DNA from: Bacilli bacterium
Lineage (GTDB): Bacteria; Bacillota_I; Bacilli_A; ML615J-28; CAG-313
Direction of reading: 5' to 3'
NCBI GenBank assembly: GCA_035362935.1
Contig: DAOSEC010000001.1
Span: 71,665-135,664 of the forward strand
Length of the DNA: 64,000 nucleotides
The notes under the pieces were generated by a model. The model was not told the origin of the DNA. It searched no databases and saw only the letters and a list, made by a program, of their open reading frames with translations. Made by a program: the position numbers and the translations under genes. Of this stretch, positions 50,487 through 60,928 are shown in pieces. Numbering within the stretch: the stretch's first letter is position 1; the number at the start of each line of letters is the position of its first letter.

Positions 50487-53306
50487 ATGGGACTAGAATA
50501 TATTGTTGTTAAAGGTGCACGAGAAAACAATTTAAAAAATATTAGTATCAAAATTCCAAGGGATAAATTTGTTGTTATGACTGGACTTTCCGGATCCGGG
50601 AAGAGTTCTCTTGCATTTGATACCATTTATGCAGAAGGTCAACGAAGATATGTTGAAAGCTTATCGGCATACGCAAGACAGTTTTTGGGAAACGTCGATA
50701 AACCAGAGGTAGACTCCATTGAAGGGTTATCTCCAGCAATTTCAATTGATCAAAAAACAACATCTAAAAATCCAAGATCAACCGTAGGTACTGTTACAGA
50801 AATCTACGATTATTTGCGTTTATTGTATGCTAGAATAGGAAAACCTGTTTGTCCAACTCACGGAATTGAAATCAGTAGTCAAACCATTGAACAGATGGTT
50901 GATCGTGTATTTCAGTATCCAGAAGGAACTAAGTTAGAGATATTAGCACCGATTGCCGAAAACAGAAAAGGTACATATGAAAAAACTTTTGAAGCTCTTC
51001 GAAAAGAAGGATATACAAAAGTGAAAGTAGATGGTGAAATGTATGACTTAAGTGATACAATCACTTTAGAAAAAAACAAGAAACACGATATTGTTGTTGT
51101 GATTGATCGAGTAAAAGTTCGTGAAGATGTGAAGTCTCGTATCTATGATTCTTTTGAAGTTGCTTTGAAATTAACTGAAGGAAAAGTTGTCATAGATGCC
51201 GATGGAGAAACACAAATATTTAGTGAACGATATAGTTGTCCACTTTGTGATTTTACGGTTGGAAATCTAGAACCAAGTTTATTCTCATTCAATGCTCCTT
51301 CTGGAGCTTGTCCAACCTGTAAGGGTTTAGGTTATCTTACTGCAGTAGACGAACGTTTGTTAGTACCCAATGAAGACATATCAATTGCTGAAGGAGCAAT
51401 CCGATATTTGAAAAACATTGTCTTTACTGAAAACATTGAATGGCAACTATTTAAAAAGTTATTTGATTTTTATAACATAGACATATTTAAACCATATAAA
51501 TATTTATCATCAGAAGAAAAAGAAATTATAATGTTTGGTTCTAAAACTCCTATAAAATATCAAATTGAATCTTCTGGAGGAATCGTGATTCGAAAGAACA
51601 AGGAAATAGAAGGAGTCGCGACGTTAATTGAACGAAGATATCGTGAAACAACATCAAATGCCGCTAGAGATTATTATAGTTCCTATTTGGGAGAGCTTCC
51701 TTGTCCGGAATGCCAGGGTGAACGTTTGTCGAAAGAAGTGTTAAGTGTTAAAGTTGGTGGCATCCATATTATGGAGTTTACAAAAATGTCGATTGATAAT
51801 TCGTTTTCATTTGTTCAACAGTTAAAATTATCAGATCGAGATCAAAAAATTGGATTTTTAGTGTTAAAAGAGATTAAAGAACGACTTCAGTTTTTACTAA
51901 ATGTTGGATTAGAGTATCTTACTCTTGCCAGACAAGCAGGAACGTTATCTGGTGGAGAATCACAACGAATTCGATTAGCTACACAAATTGGATCTCGTTT
52001 AAGTGGTGTTCTTTATGTACTAGATGAACCTTCAATCGGATTACATCAACGAGACAATCAAAAATTGATTCACGCCTTGAAGGAAATGAGAGACTTAGGA
52101 AATACCTTGATAGTCGTTGAACATGATGAAGAAACCATGTTAGAGAGTGATTATTTAATCGACATCGGTCCTGGGGCTGGATCTCATGGTGGAGAAGTCG
52201 TAGCGATTGGTACACCGCAAGAAGTAATGGAGAATCAAAACTCAATAACCGGACAATATTTAAAAGGGATACAAAAAATTGAAGTTCCAAAACATCGAAG
52301 AGATGGGAATGGAAAGTTTATTACGATTCGTGGAGCAAGAGCAAACAATCTCAAAAACTTGAATATATCAATCCCACTTGGAAAAATTACAGCGATAACT
52401 GGAGTCAGTGGAAGTGGGAAATCAACCCTAGTGAATGAAATTTTATACAAAGGTCTTGCTAGAAAGTTGTATCGTTCCAAAGATATTCCAGGAGAACATG
52501 ATGGAATTGATGGTATAGAATACATTGATAAAGTAATTGACATTGATCAATCTCCAATAGGAAGAACACCTAGAAGTAACCCTGCCACCTATACTGGAGC
52601 ATTTGATGGTATTAGGGACTTGTTTACAGAAACGATTGAAGCCAAAAAGCGGGGATACCAAAAAGGAAGATTCTCATTTAATGTCAAAGGTGGTCGTTGT
52701 GAAACCTGTGGTGGGGATGGTGTGATTCGCATTGAAATGCATTTCTTACCTGATGTATATGTACCATGTGATGCCTGTCATGGTAAACGTTACAATCGAG
52801 AAACATTGGAAGTTAAGTATAAGGGTAAAAACATAGCAGATGTATTAGAAATGACAGTAGAAGAGGCTTGTGTGTTTTTTGAAAACATTCCAACGATATC
52901 GAATAAACTAAATACTATCAATGATGTTGGACTCGGCTATATTCGACTCGGTCAAAGTGCAACAACACTTTCCGGTGGAGAAGCACAACGTGTTAAACTG
53001 GCAAGCGAACTTCATAAAAAGATAACAGATGGAACCATCTTTATCCTTGATGAACCTACAACAGGACTGCATACGCACGATGTGAAGCGTTTGATTGAGG
53101 TGCTGAATAAAATGGCAGATAACAACGCAACCATTGTAGTGATTGAACATAATCTAGATATTATTAAGGTCGCAGATCATGTTATAGACTTAGGACCATT
53201 TGGTGGTGACAAAGGTGGTATGGTTGTAGGACTAGGAACACCAGAACAAATCGCTCAAATAGAAGAATCATTTACTGGACATTTCTTGCAACGAGTTTTA
53301 AAATAG
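50487..53306 (+). CDS. uvrA: excinuclease ABC subunit A
   Basis: Two ABC modules (GLSGSGKSS / GVSGSGKST) and Zn-finger cysteine clusters. Confidence 0.95.
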   Translation: MGLEYIVVKGARENNLKNISIKIPRDKFVVMTGLSGSGKSSLAFDTIYAEGQRRYVESLSAYARQFLGNVDKPEVDSIEGLSPAISIDQKTTSKNPRSTVGTVTEIYDYLRLLYARIGKPVCPTHGIEISSQTIEQMVDRVFQYPEGTKLEILAPIAENRKGTYEKTFEALRKEGYTKVKVDGEMYDLSDTITLEKNKKHDIVVVIDRVKVREDVKSRIYDSFEVALKLTEGKVVIDADGETQIFSERYSCPLCDFTVGNLEPSLFSFNAPSGACPTCKGLGYLTAVDERLLVPNEDISIAEGAIRYLKNIVFTENIEWQLFKKLFDFYNIDIFKPYKYLSSEEKEIIMFGSKTPIKYQIESSGGIVIRKNKEIEGVATLIERRYRETTSNAARDYYSSYLGELPCPECQGERLSKEVLSVKVGGIHIMEFTKMSIDNSFSFVQQLKLSDRDQKIGFLVLKEIKERLQFLLNVGLEYLTLARQAGTLSGGESQRIRLATQIGSRLSGVLYVLDEPSIGLHQRDNQKLIHALKEMRDLGNTLIVVEHDEETMLESDYLIDIGPGAGSHGGEVVAIGTPQEVMENQNSITGQYLKGIQKIEVPKHRRDGNGKFITIRGARANNLKNLNISIPLGKITAITGVSGSGKSTLVNEILYKGLARKLYRSKDIPGEHDGIDGIEYIDKVIDIDQSPIGRTPRSNPATYTGAFDGIRDLFTETIEAKKRGYQKGRFSFNVKGGRCETCGGDGVIRIEMHFLPDVYVPCDACHGKRYNRETLEVKYKGKNIADVLEMTVEEACVFFENIPTISNKLNTINDVGLGYIRLGQSATTLSGGEAQRVKLASELHKKITDGTIFILDEPTTGLHTHDVKRLIEVLNKMADNNATIVVIEHNLDIIKVADHVIDLGPFGGDKGGMVVGLGTPEQIAQIEESFTGHFLQRVLK

Positions 53307-53389
53307 AGAATATTGTTAGTGAGTATTTTACATTTTTCATATATATGTTATAATATACAAACAAGAATGTATAGAAAGGAGTGAGTGTT

Positions 53390-53866
53390 ATGCAAGATGA
53401 TAACCAAAATAAGCCAAACAAACCAAAACGTAAAGCAATCATACTGAACTTTGGAAATCAAGTGTTTCAAAACTTCTTTGCGAATGCTTTGTTGTATTTT
53501 GTTTTAAACTCGGCGTTGGTCTTTGCTTTAATCGGATACACAAAAACATGGATTATAGTCGATTCACCACTCACCACACTATACTTCATTTTAATTTTTA
53601 CGCTACTCGAAATAGTAATTCGTCATTTCGTTCACAAATGGATTCCAAACATTATGTTATATAGCTTTGGATCAGTCGGAATGTTTATCACTGTGTTTTC
53701 TATGTTTGTTGCTGATCAGATTCTTACTGGTTTGGCATTTAGAAGTGCTGCAACATTAACTTTCTTTATATTAATTTTGATTGTGACAAGATTTATATTT
53801 TATACCATTTTACTGAGAAAAAAGATTTCAAAAATATTAGACCAACAGTCTAACAAAAAAGAATAA
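53390..53866 (+). CDS. hypothetical small membrane protein (4 TM)
   Basis: Hydrophobic helices. SD AAAGGAGTGA precedes the ATG at 53390. A TTTACA-16-TATAAT promoter lies at 53327-53354. Confidence 0.4.
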   Translation: MQDDNQNKPNKPKRKAIILNFGNQVFQNFFANALLYFVLNSALVFALIGYTKTWIIVDSPLTTLYFILIFTLLEIVIRHFVHKWIPNIMLYSFGSVGMFITVFSMFVADQILTGLAFRSAATLTFFILILIVTRFIFYTILLRKKISKILDQQSNKKE

Positions 53867-53881
53867 CAGGAGGAAAATCTT

Positions 53882-54754
53882 ATGTATTTTTTAATTGCTG
53901 ATCCAATTGAACGTGTAGCGTTTACCATTTTTGGTCAAGATGTATACTGGTATGCAATCTTTATTTTGTTTGCAGCATTATCTGCTTTGGGAACAGGTAT
54001 TTATTTTGGTAAAAAAATGGGAGTCAACATTGATCATTTGATCGATGGGTTCACAATCGGTCTAATTGTTGGAGTTGTTTTTGCACGGCTCTATTATGTT
54101 TTATTTGAGCTAGATCGTTTTCCAACGTTTGCGGATGTATTTGATTTAAGAAATGGATTGGCAGGACTAGCAATACACGGAGTAATCATCTCAATGGTAA
54201 TATATATTCCACTTTATTGTAAATGGAGAAAAATCGACATCTTAAAAATGTTAGAATTAGCCGCACCTGGATTTCTACTTGCACAAGCATTAGGTAGATG
54301 GGGTAATTTTATCAATCAAGAAGCACATGGTCCACTTGTGCCAGGCGCTACAATCATTGAACAACGACAATTCTTAAAAAATTTATTGTTACCTGATTTT
54401 ATAGTCGACCAAATGTATATGGAAAAATATATTAATAATGTTTGGTACCAAGGATACTTTCATCCAACGTTCTTATATGAGATGGTGTGGAATTTAATAG
54501 GATTTGCGTTAATCTTGATCTTGAGAAAAAAACTTAAAAATTATTACATGGGCGACTCTTTAGCGATTTACTTAATTTGGTACGGAGTGGGACGATTCTT
54601 TATCGAAATCTTAAGAACAGATGCCTTGCTTGCTGGAAGTTTAAAAATTGCTCAACTGGTATCAATTTTGATGGTTTTAGCTGGAGCTACACTTCTTGTA
54701 TTACGCCGCGTTTACAAATTCCGTCTAGAACGCACGATGGATGTTATTAAATAG
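53882..54754 (+). CDS. lgt: prolipoprotein diacylglyceryl transferase
   Basis: Lgt signature GRWGNFINQEAHG and the membrane topology. Confidence 0.9.
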   Translation: MYFLIADPIERVAFTIFGQDVYWYAIFILFAALSALGTGIYFGKKMGVNIDHLIDGFTIGLIVGVVFARLYYVLFELDRFPTFADVFDLRNGLAGLAIHGVIISMVIYIPLYCKWRKIDILKMLELAAPGFLLAQALGRWGNFINQEAHGPLVPGATIIEQRQFLKNLLLPDFIVDQMYMEKYINNVWYQGYFHPTFLYEMVWNLIGFALILILRKKLKNYYMGDSLAIYLIWYGVGRFFIEILRTDALLAGSLKIAQLVSILMVLAGATLLVLRRVYKFRLERTMDVIK

Positions 54755-54755
54755 T

Positions 54756-55397
54756 ATGAAGCCAATTGTTTTATTTGATTGTGACGGAACGCTTATTCAC
54801 ACATATGATTTGATCAAAGCAACCTTTATCGAAACATTCAAACAATGTTTACCTGATTTTGATGCTACAGAGGACCATATTAAGTCTTATTTTGGTCCGA
54901 CAATAGACGATACATTTTGGACATTAACGAGCAATCCCATCAAACACAAAGAGTTGATGGATACTTACCGGAAAATAAATTTAGAACTTCATCCAAAGTT
55001 TGTTTATGCATATCCAAATGTCAACAAGACACTTTCTATTTTGAAAGAATCAGGATACAAAATAGGGATTGTATCAAACAAAATGAAACATGTAATCGAG
55101 TATGGTTTAACGCTAACCAACACACTATCATATATCGATTATATAGTTGGATCTGACTGTGTAGAAATTCCAAAACCAAATCCAATGGGAGTAAAGCTTG
55201 CATTAGCACAATTTCATCAAAATGAAGCCATTTTTATTGGGGATTCATTGATTGATATTGATACTGCAATAGCAGCAAACATTCCTTCGGTTGGTGTGAC
55301 TTGGGCACACGTCACGAAGGAGGAATTTATAAAAAGAAACGCAACATATGTCGTTGATGATATGTTGGAATTATTAACCATTTTAGGGGAGATGTAG
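54756..55397 (+). CDS. HAD-family hydrolase (PpaX/phosphoglycolate phosphatase-like)
   Basis: HAD motif I FDCDGTL and motif IV GDS..D. The position after lgt mirrors Bacillus ppaX. Confidence 0.65.
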   Translation: MKPIVLFDCDGTLIHTYDLIKATFIETFKQCLPDFDATEDHIKSYFGPTIDDTFWTLTSNPIKHKELMDTYRKINLELHPKFVYAYPNVNKTLSILKESGYKIGIVSNKMKHVIEYGLTLTNTLSYIDYIVGSDCVEIPKPNPMGVKLALAQFHQNEAIFIGDSLIDIDTAIAANIPSVGVTWAHVTKEEFIKRNATYVVDDMLELLTILGEM

Positions 55398-55399
55398 AA

Positions 55400-56329
55400 A
55401 TGAACACAAATAAAAATATATATGATATTCTTACCATAGGTGCAGGGCCAGCAGGACTCACCGCTGGTATTTATGGTGTAAGGGCAAATTTAAAAGTAGG
55501 TATGTTAGAACGAAGCGCTCCAGGAGGGCAAATTGTATGGACATACGAAATTGAAAACTACCCAGGATATGAAAAATTACCAGGTCCAGACCTAGCAATG
55601 AAGATGTATGAACATGCGACCAACATGGGAGCAGAATATATCTATGGAGATGTTACTTGTATAAAAAAAGAAAATGATTTGTTTACAGTAAAAACAGAGG
55701 ACAATGAATTTAAAGCAAAAACCATTATTATTGCAACCGGTACCGTAAACCGTAGATTAAATGTGACAGGTGAAGATCGTTTAGCAGGATATGGAATATC
55801 TTGGTGTGCGATATGTGATGGCGCATTTTACAAAGGCAAAGAGGTCGCTGTTGTTGGTGGTGGAAACTCCGCACTAGAAGAAGCATTGTATTTAGCTAGC
55901 ATTGTTGATAAGGTATACATTATTCATAGACGTGATGCCTTTAGAGCAGATAAACTAGCACAAGAACGAGTATTCAATAACAAGAAGATTGAAGTTATTT
56001 GGGACTCTGTCATTGAATCGTTTAATGGTGAAAAAAACGTTGAGAGCGTAACAATCAAAAATGTTGTAACGAATGCATCCAAAGATTTAAAAGTAAGTGG
56101 TGTATTCTTATATATCGGTCAAGATCCAGCTACAGGATTTGTCAAAGATTTTGGTATACTTGATGAATCAAATTATGTCATAGCTAACCAAAAGATGGAA
56201 ACAGCTATACCAGGACTATTCGCGGCTGGTGATTGCATTGTGAAAGATTTAAGACAAGTTGCAACAGCAGTATCAGATGGTGCTGTTGCTGCAATCGAAG
56301 CAATTAAATACATTGAACGACTAAAGTAA
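55400..56329 (+). CDS. trxB: thioredoxin reductase
   Basis: GAGPAG FAD motif, redox CAICDG, and the second GGGNSA NADPH motif. Confidence 0.9.
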   Translation: MNTNKNIYDILTIGAGPAGLTAGIYGVRANLKVGMLERSAPGGQIVWTYEIENYPGYEKLPGPDLAMKMYEHATNMGAEYIYGDVTCIKKENDLFTVKTEDNEFKAKTIIIATGTVNRRLNVTGEDRLAGYGISWCAICDGAFYKGKEVAVVGGGNSALEEALYLASIVDKVYIIHRRDAFRADKLAQERVFNNKKIEVIWDSVIESFNGEKNVESVTIKNVVTNASKDLKVSGVFLYIGQDPATGFVKDFGILDESNYVIANQKMETAIPGLFAAGDCIVKDLRQVATAVSDGAVAAIEAIKYIERLK

Positions 56330-56338
56330 GGTGGAATT

Positions 56339-57277
56339 ATGTCATTTGCTAGTGAAGTGAAAAAAGAAATAACAGCAATTGAAACGGATTTACCGATGAT
56401 GAAATTTGAATTAGCAGGGATATTACGAACTTCTTCTGAAATCATCATCTCTAAAAACACGTTTAAGATTCGCTTTTCAACCAAGAATCCTTCCACAGCA
56501 AGAAGACTAATTCAACTATTGAAAAAAGTGTACTCGGTTGAAACAGAACTTGAAATTATCAACAGCAAAGGATTTGATCATAAGAAAACATATCATATAA
56601 TGGTAGATAAGTTTGCCTCCATGATCATAGAGGATTATAAGCTTTTACCAACAGATGATCCACATTTGATAGAACAAGAATCAGCCGAAGCCAAACAAGC
56701 ATTCATACGAGGGGCATTTTTAGCAAAAGGATCGATTAACGATCCTAAAAAAACGAGTTATCATTTGGAAATCCTGACTAGAAATGAACTAGATGCAAAT
56801 ATAATTCAAGAAATTTTGGAAGAATCAGACATTGTTTCAAAAGTGATGAGTAAGCGAAATGGTTATTTGGTATATATTAAAGAAGCAGAAATGATTCGAG
56901 ATTTTTTAGCACTGATTGGTGCAAATAGTGGTGTTTTCTATTTTGAGGATTCTAGAATTCGGCGCGACTTAAATAATTCAATCAATCGTGTAATGAACTG
57001 TGATATTGCTAATACGAATAAATCAATGCAAGCATGTGATGAGCAGTTAAGGAATATCGCAATTATTGAGGAAAACAAACAATTAGATACACTAACTCCT
57101 CGCATAAGAGATGTCATCTATTTAAGAAAAAATTATCCTGAATCTTCACTAGCTGAATTAAGTGAATTATCAATTGAGTATTTAGGAAGAGAAATCTCGA
57201 AATCGGGGCTCAACCACATATTCAAAGAAATAGCTAATATAGCGCTATCGATTGAGAAAGGATCTAAAAACATATGA
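56339..57277 (+). CDS. whiA: DNA-binding protein WhiA
   Basis: WhiA family N-terminus (MSFASEVK.EI) with a LAGLIDADG-like fold and a C-terminal HTH. Confidence 0.8.
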   Translation: MSFASEVKKEITAIETDLPMMKFELAGILRTSSEIIISKNTFKIRFSTKNPSTARRLIQLLKKVYSVETELEIINSKGFDHKKTYHIMVDKFASMIIEDYKLLPTDDPHLIEQESAEAKQAFIRGAFLAKGSINDPKKTSYHLEILTRNELDANIIQEILEESDIVSKVMSKRNGYLVYIKEAEMIRDFLALIGANSGVFYFEDSRIRRDLNNSINRVMNCDIANTNKSMQACDEQLRNIAIIEENKQLDTLTPRIRDVIYLRKNYPESSLAELSELSIEYLGREISKSGLNHIFKEIANIALSIEKGSKNI

Positions 57278-57624
57278 TTCAAAGCATTGGAGTAGACATT
57301 GTTGATAACAATAGGATCAAAGAACAAATAAATAATAATGCATTTATCAAACGAATATTATCAGCTAAAGAGTACGAAGTGTTTGAATCCTTCTCATTGG
57401 AAAAACGTAAAATCGAATATTTAGCCGGAAGATTTGCTTCAAAAGAGGCGATATTTAAAGCAATTAAGGTTGCAGAAAAAACAATTAATTATAAGGATAT
57501 CTCAATACTGAACGATGAGAATCAAGCCCCTTATGTTGAATTTGATTATTTAAAAGATAAAAAAATTCACATATCGATTTCACATGAAACGAATATGACA
57601 ATCGCATTTGTCATCATAGAATAA
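57274..57624 (+). CDS. acpS: holo-[acyl-carrier-protein] synthase
   Basis: M.IGVDIV...R motif. It overlaps whiA by 4 nt. Confidence 0.85.
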   Translation: MIQSIGVDIVDNNRIKEQINNNAFIKRILSAKEYEVFESFSLEKRKIEYLAGRFASKEAIFKAIKVAEKTINYKDISILNDENQAPYVEFDYLKDKKIHISISHETNMTIAFVIIE

Positions 57625-57642
57625 ACTTTTTTGGAGGGACCT

Positions 57643-58242
57643 ATGTCAAAACAATATAAATCTAAGTATGCAAAATCTCAATCCAACACTAAGATTTTTT
57701 TTATTGGTGTTGGGGCGGTTACAATATTTTTTACCATTTTAATTTTACTAGCTGTATTTCAGCCATTTAAAATTAGAGACTATTCTGCTATGAACCGTAT
57801 TACGGCACTTGAAATATTTTCACAAGAAGAAACGGAATATTATGTCTATTTTTATCAATCTACTTGCCAAGGCTGCATAGAGGTAAAACCGACCGTTTTA
57901 GATTATGCAAACTTTTCACGCAACGGTAAAAATGGAAGAACACAATTGTATATAGTAAACATGCAAAGTTTAGTGAACCAACAAATCATAAAAGACTGTA
58001 GTACTTCATCCGATCCAAACTGCCAATCTACCAATATTTTTACAGCAAATAGCCAAGACTTGAGTGGAATTCAAGTTGCAACAACTCCATCTATGATAAA
58101 AATTGTAAATGGACGAGTTGCGGCAGCTTCTTGGACTACTGTTTCTGGAATAAGAACAGAACTTACCAACTTAATGGAAGCAGCAGGACAAACGCAAGAA
58201 GCATTGCCTTACTTAGATAAGAAATCGTATGCTTTATATTAA
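57643..58242 (+). CDS. membrane-anchored thioredoxin-fold-like protein (CQGC motif), putative
   Basis: One N-terminal TM helix. YVYFYQSTCQGCIEVKP resembles the thioredoxin family [YF]..WC..C..P. Confidence 0.4.
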   Translation: MSKQYKSKYAKSQSNTKIFFIGVGAVTIFFTILILLAVFQPFKIRDYSAMNRITALEIFSQEETEYYVYFYQSTCQGCIEVKPTVLDYANFSRNGKNGRTQLYIVNMQSLVNQQIIKDCSTSSDPNCQSTNIFTANSQDLSGIQVATTPSMIKIVNGRVAAASWTTVSGIRTELTNLMEAAGQTQEALPYLDKKSYALY

Positions 58243-59131
58243 TGAAGTCTATAAGTCGTTTGGTGAAGTAAAGGCAGTCAACGGCGTTTCATTAGAAATC
58301 AATCCTGGTGAGATATATGGATTGCTTGGTGCAAATGGTGCTGGAAAGACTACGATGTTTCGTATGATACTAAATATTATTAAACCAGATTCTGGTGTCA
58401 TTCAATATAATAATCAAACGATGAGCATTGAAAACTCTTATTTGTTTGGGTATTTACCAGAGGAAAGAAGTTTATATCAAAGAGAAAAAGTAGCAGACCA
58501 ACTAGTCTATTTTGCAAAATTAAAAGGGTTAACTTCAAAAGAGGCAAATCTAAAATTAGACTATTGGTTGGAAAAATTTGAAGTAACAGAATACAAACAC
58601 CGTAAAGTCAAAGAATTATCCAAAGGAAATCAACAAAAAATTGCATTTATTGCGGCTTTGATTCATGACCCTGAAATCATTATCCTAGACGAACCATTTA
58701 CGGGGTTAGACCCCATGAATACAAAAATATTTAAAACCTTGATTCAAGAGATTGCGTCAAATGGGAAGACCATTATATTTTCTTCTCACCAAATGGATGT
58801 GATTGAAGAACTTTGTGATCGCTTAGCCATCATGAAAAAAGGGAAAATAATCTTAGAGGGTAAGTTACACGACATCAAAGAGAAATATAAAAAGAAGAAC
58901 GTATTTATCCAAGGGGAAGACATCAATCACGATGATTTTGCTCATATCAAAGGAGTAGTAAACATTACAAACCAAAGAAATGATTTGGTTGTTTCCATTG
59001 AGGATAAAAGCGTCATTGAGTCACTATTACAGGTCATTAAAAACAAAAAAGTCATTACAAAGTTTGTACAAGAGGAACCTTCTCTAGATGAAATCTTTAT
59101 TAGTAAGATGGGTGAAAAATATGAAGGTTAA
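58229..59131 (+). CDS. ABC transporter ATP-binding protein (ABC-2 type)
   Basis: Walker A GANGAGKTT, signature LSKGNQQK, and Walker B ILDEP. Confidence 0.85.
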   Translation: MLYINEVYKSFGEVKAVNGVSLEINPGEIYGLLGANGAGKTTMFRMILNIIKPDSGVIQYNNQTMSIENSYLFGYLPEERSLYQREKVADQLVYFAKLKGLTSKEANLKLDYWLEKFEVTEYKHRKVKELSKGNQQKIAFIAALIHDPEIIILDEPFTGLDPMNTKIFKTLIQEIASNGKTIIFSSHQMDVIEELCDRLAIMKKGKIILEGKLHDIKEKYKKKNVFIQGEDINHDDFAHIKGVVNITNQRNDLVVSIEDKSVIESLLQVIKNKKVITKFVQEEPSLDEIFISKMGEKYEG

Positions 59132-60359
59132 AAAACTACTATCGGTTGTATTTTATAGTTACAAGAAAAAGGTATTAAGCAAAACTTTTATCTTTATGCA
59201 TTTAATGTATTTCGTAATTTTTGCAATCTCGATAGGAGCAAGCGTAATAGGATCTATTTCTAATACAAATACTCCACCAACACCGTACATTATAGTAATT
59301 GACGAAACAGGGCTTGATTATAAAAGTTTATACAATTCAGATCGATATATTTTAGATTTTGATGGAACACTTGATGATGCGAAAGATCTAGTGTTAAATC
59401 GATCAGTTCAAGCAGTTGTTGTACTAAATGCGGATGAAAACCTGATGCCAGTATTTCAGTTTATTACGTATGATAACTCAAATACATTTTTAACAAGTAC
59501 CTTAAGAACCGATGCTAGCGGCTTGCATTCATTTGTATATATGCAAATTCATAGTATACCGATGAATGCGTTTGTTCCAAATACTACATCAGAAGCGCTA
59601 AAAGAAAATGCGGATTCGATAGAAAAAGTAGAAATGATTACATTTCTATCCATGGCGATCATTATAGTGTTAATGATTGTAGCATTCCCGGCATTAAGCA
59701 TTATCTCGAATGATATTATCTATGAGAAATCCGATCGAACAATGGAACTAATTGTTTCAAGCGTATCAAGCAAAAATTTATATTATTCGAAAATTATGGT
59801 TGGGTTTTTACTTACACTTACTGAACTACTAGGTGTTGCATTAATGGCAGTAATCGGAATCTCAGTCTTAATTCATTTTGGTTCAGCGGGTTCAAGTGGA
59901 ACGTTATATGTGATCAGTCAGGCACTTTCATACATGACATCTGAAATCAATGTTGGATTAACCATTTTCACAGTCATTACATATGCAACTCTTATGCTTT
60001 TATTATACTTAGTATTAACTGTTATATTCGTTTCATTCGCAACCGATATAGAAACAGGTGGATACTGGATGTTAATCCCTTTAATGGGGATGATAGTATT
60101 TTCTCAAATGTCAATTGCCGTTCCAACAAACCCAAACAGTATCTTAAGTTCTATTTTAGCATATTTACCTCTAGCTAGTGGATATGCGCTACCAATAAAA
60201 ATACTGTTTGATACAGCATCAATTTGGGAAGTGATAATAAGTACAATTTTATTGCTTGGAACAATTGGCGTGATTACCTATTATGGACAATTTATATTTG
60301 CTAAAAACGTCATAAAGTACTCAAGCAAAAGAAAGAACAAAAAACTAGTAAAAGCATAA
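59121..60359 (+). CDS. ABC-2 family transporter permease
   Basis: One N-terminal TM helix, a large loop, then 5 TM helices, the typical ABC-2 permease layout. It overlaps the ATPase gene by 11 nt. Confidence 0.6.
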   Translation: MKVKKLLSVVFYSYKKKVLSKTFIFMHLMYFVIFAISIGASVIGSISNTNTPPTPYIIVIDETGLDYKSLYNSDRYILDFDGTLDDAKDLVLNRSVQAVVVLNADENLMPVFQFITYDNSNTFLTSTLRTDASGLHSFVYMQIHSIPMNAFVPNTTSEALKENADSIEKVEMITFLSMAIIIVLMIVAFPALSIISNDIIYEKSDRTMELIVSSVSSKNLYYSKIMVGFLLTLTELLGVALMAVIGISVLIHFGSAGSSGTLYVISQALSYMTSEINVGLTIFTVITYATLMLLLYLVLTVIFVSFATDIETGGYWMLIPLMGMIVFSQMSIAVPTNPNSILSSILAYLPLASGYALPIKILFDTASIWEVIISTILLLGTIGVITYYGQFIFAKNVIKYSSKRKNKKLVKA

Positions 60360-60410
60360 AAATATATATAAAAAAGCATCTATTTACCGGCTACAAAGGA
60401 TATTTTTTCG

Positions 60411-60439
60411 TTGACAATTCATATGAAATAAGGTATCAT
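60411..60439 (+). promoter_or_regulatory. promoter for the tRNA pair (TTGACA, 17-nt spacer, TATCAT)
   Basis: Near-consensus hexamers about 18 nt upstream of tRNA-Ser. Confidence 0.5.
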
Positions 60440-60456
60440 AGTGTAGCCGATTATTT

Positions 60457-60547
60457 GGAGTAGTACTCAAGTGGCTGAAGAGGCGCCCCTGCTAAGGGTG
60501 TAGATCGGGAAACCGGTGCGAGGGTTCAAATCCCTCCTGCTCCGCCA
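60457..60547 (+). tRNA. tRNA-Ser (anticodon GCU), type II with long variable arm, CCA encoded
   Basis: Acceptor stem GGAGTAG/CTGCTCC, anticodon loop cuGCUaa, a long extra arm and the T-arm GGTTCAAATCC. Confidence 0.85.
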
Positions 60548-60549
60548 TT

Positions 60550-60625
60550 GGCCCGTTGGAGAAACGGTTAACTCACTTGCCTTTCACGCAAGCATTCACG
60601 GGTTCGAATCCCGTACGGGTCACCA
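60550..60625 (+). tRNA. tRNA-Glu (anticodon UUC), CCA encoded
   Basis: Acceptor stem GGCCCGT/ACGGGTC, anticodon stem CTTGC/GCAAG with loop CTTTCAC, and T-arm GGTTCGAATCC. Confidence 0.8.
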
Positions 60626-60638
60626 TAAATTGGCACCA

Positions 60639-60670
60639 AAGACTTATCTCATCGAGATGGGTCTTTTTTT
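60639..60670 (+). terminator. rho-independent terminator after the tRNAs
   Basis: AGACTTATCTC atc GAGATGGGTCT followed by TTTTTTT. Confidence 0.55.
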
Positions 60671-60928
60671 ATATTAATCAAATGAAAGCAATTATAGATA
60701 ATTTTCTTATGGAATAATGTATAATAATATCATTGATAAATGGTTGTTTATCATTGCACTAATGAGTATCGCATAAAAGTTTTTGTATGAAATAGAGTAA
60801 ACTTTAGATGAAATAGTAAATCTCAATGCTGTTGCTAAACGAAATCAAAGTATCAAGCAGATTTTTATGCGTAACGTTTTGGTTATTGAGTACTTATAAA
60901 TGTGAAATTTAAAAAGGATGTGTAAAAC

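Noticed and set aside
54917-55156. 79-aa ORF inside the HAD hydrolase gene
   Set aside because: Alternative-frame shadow of a conserved gene.
60400-60700. tRNA pair as an integration hotspot for a mobile element or prophage
   Set aside because: No integrase, recombinase or phage genes flank the tRNAs. Downstream is an ordinary ABC transporter gene with its own terminators, and no direct repeat of the tRNA 3' end was seen.
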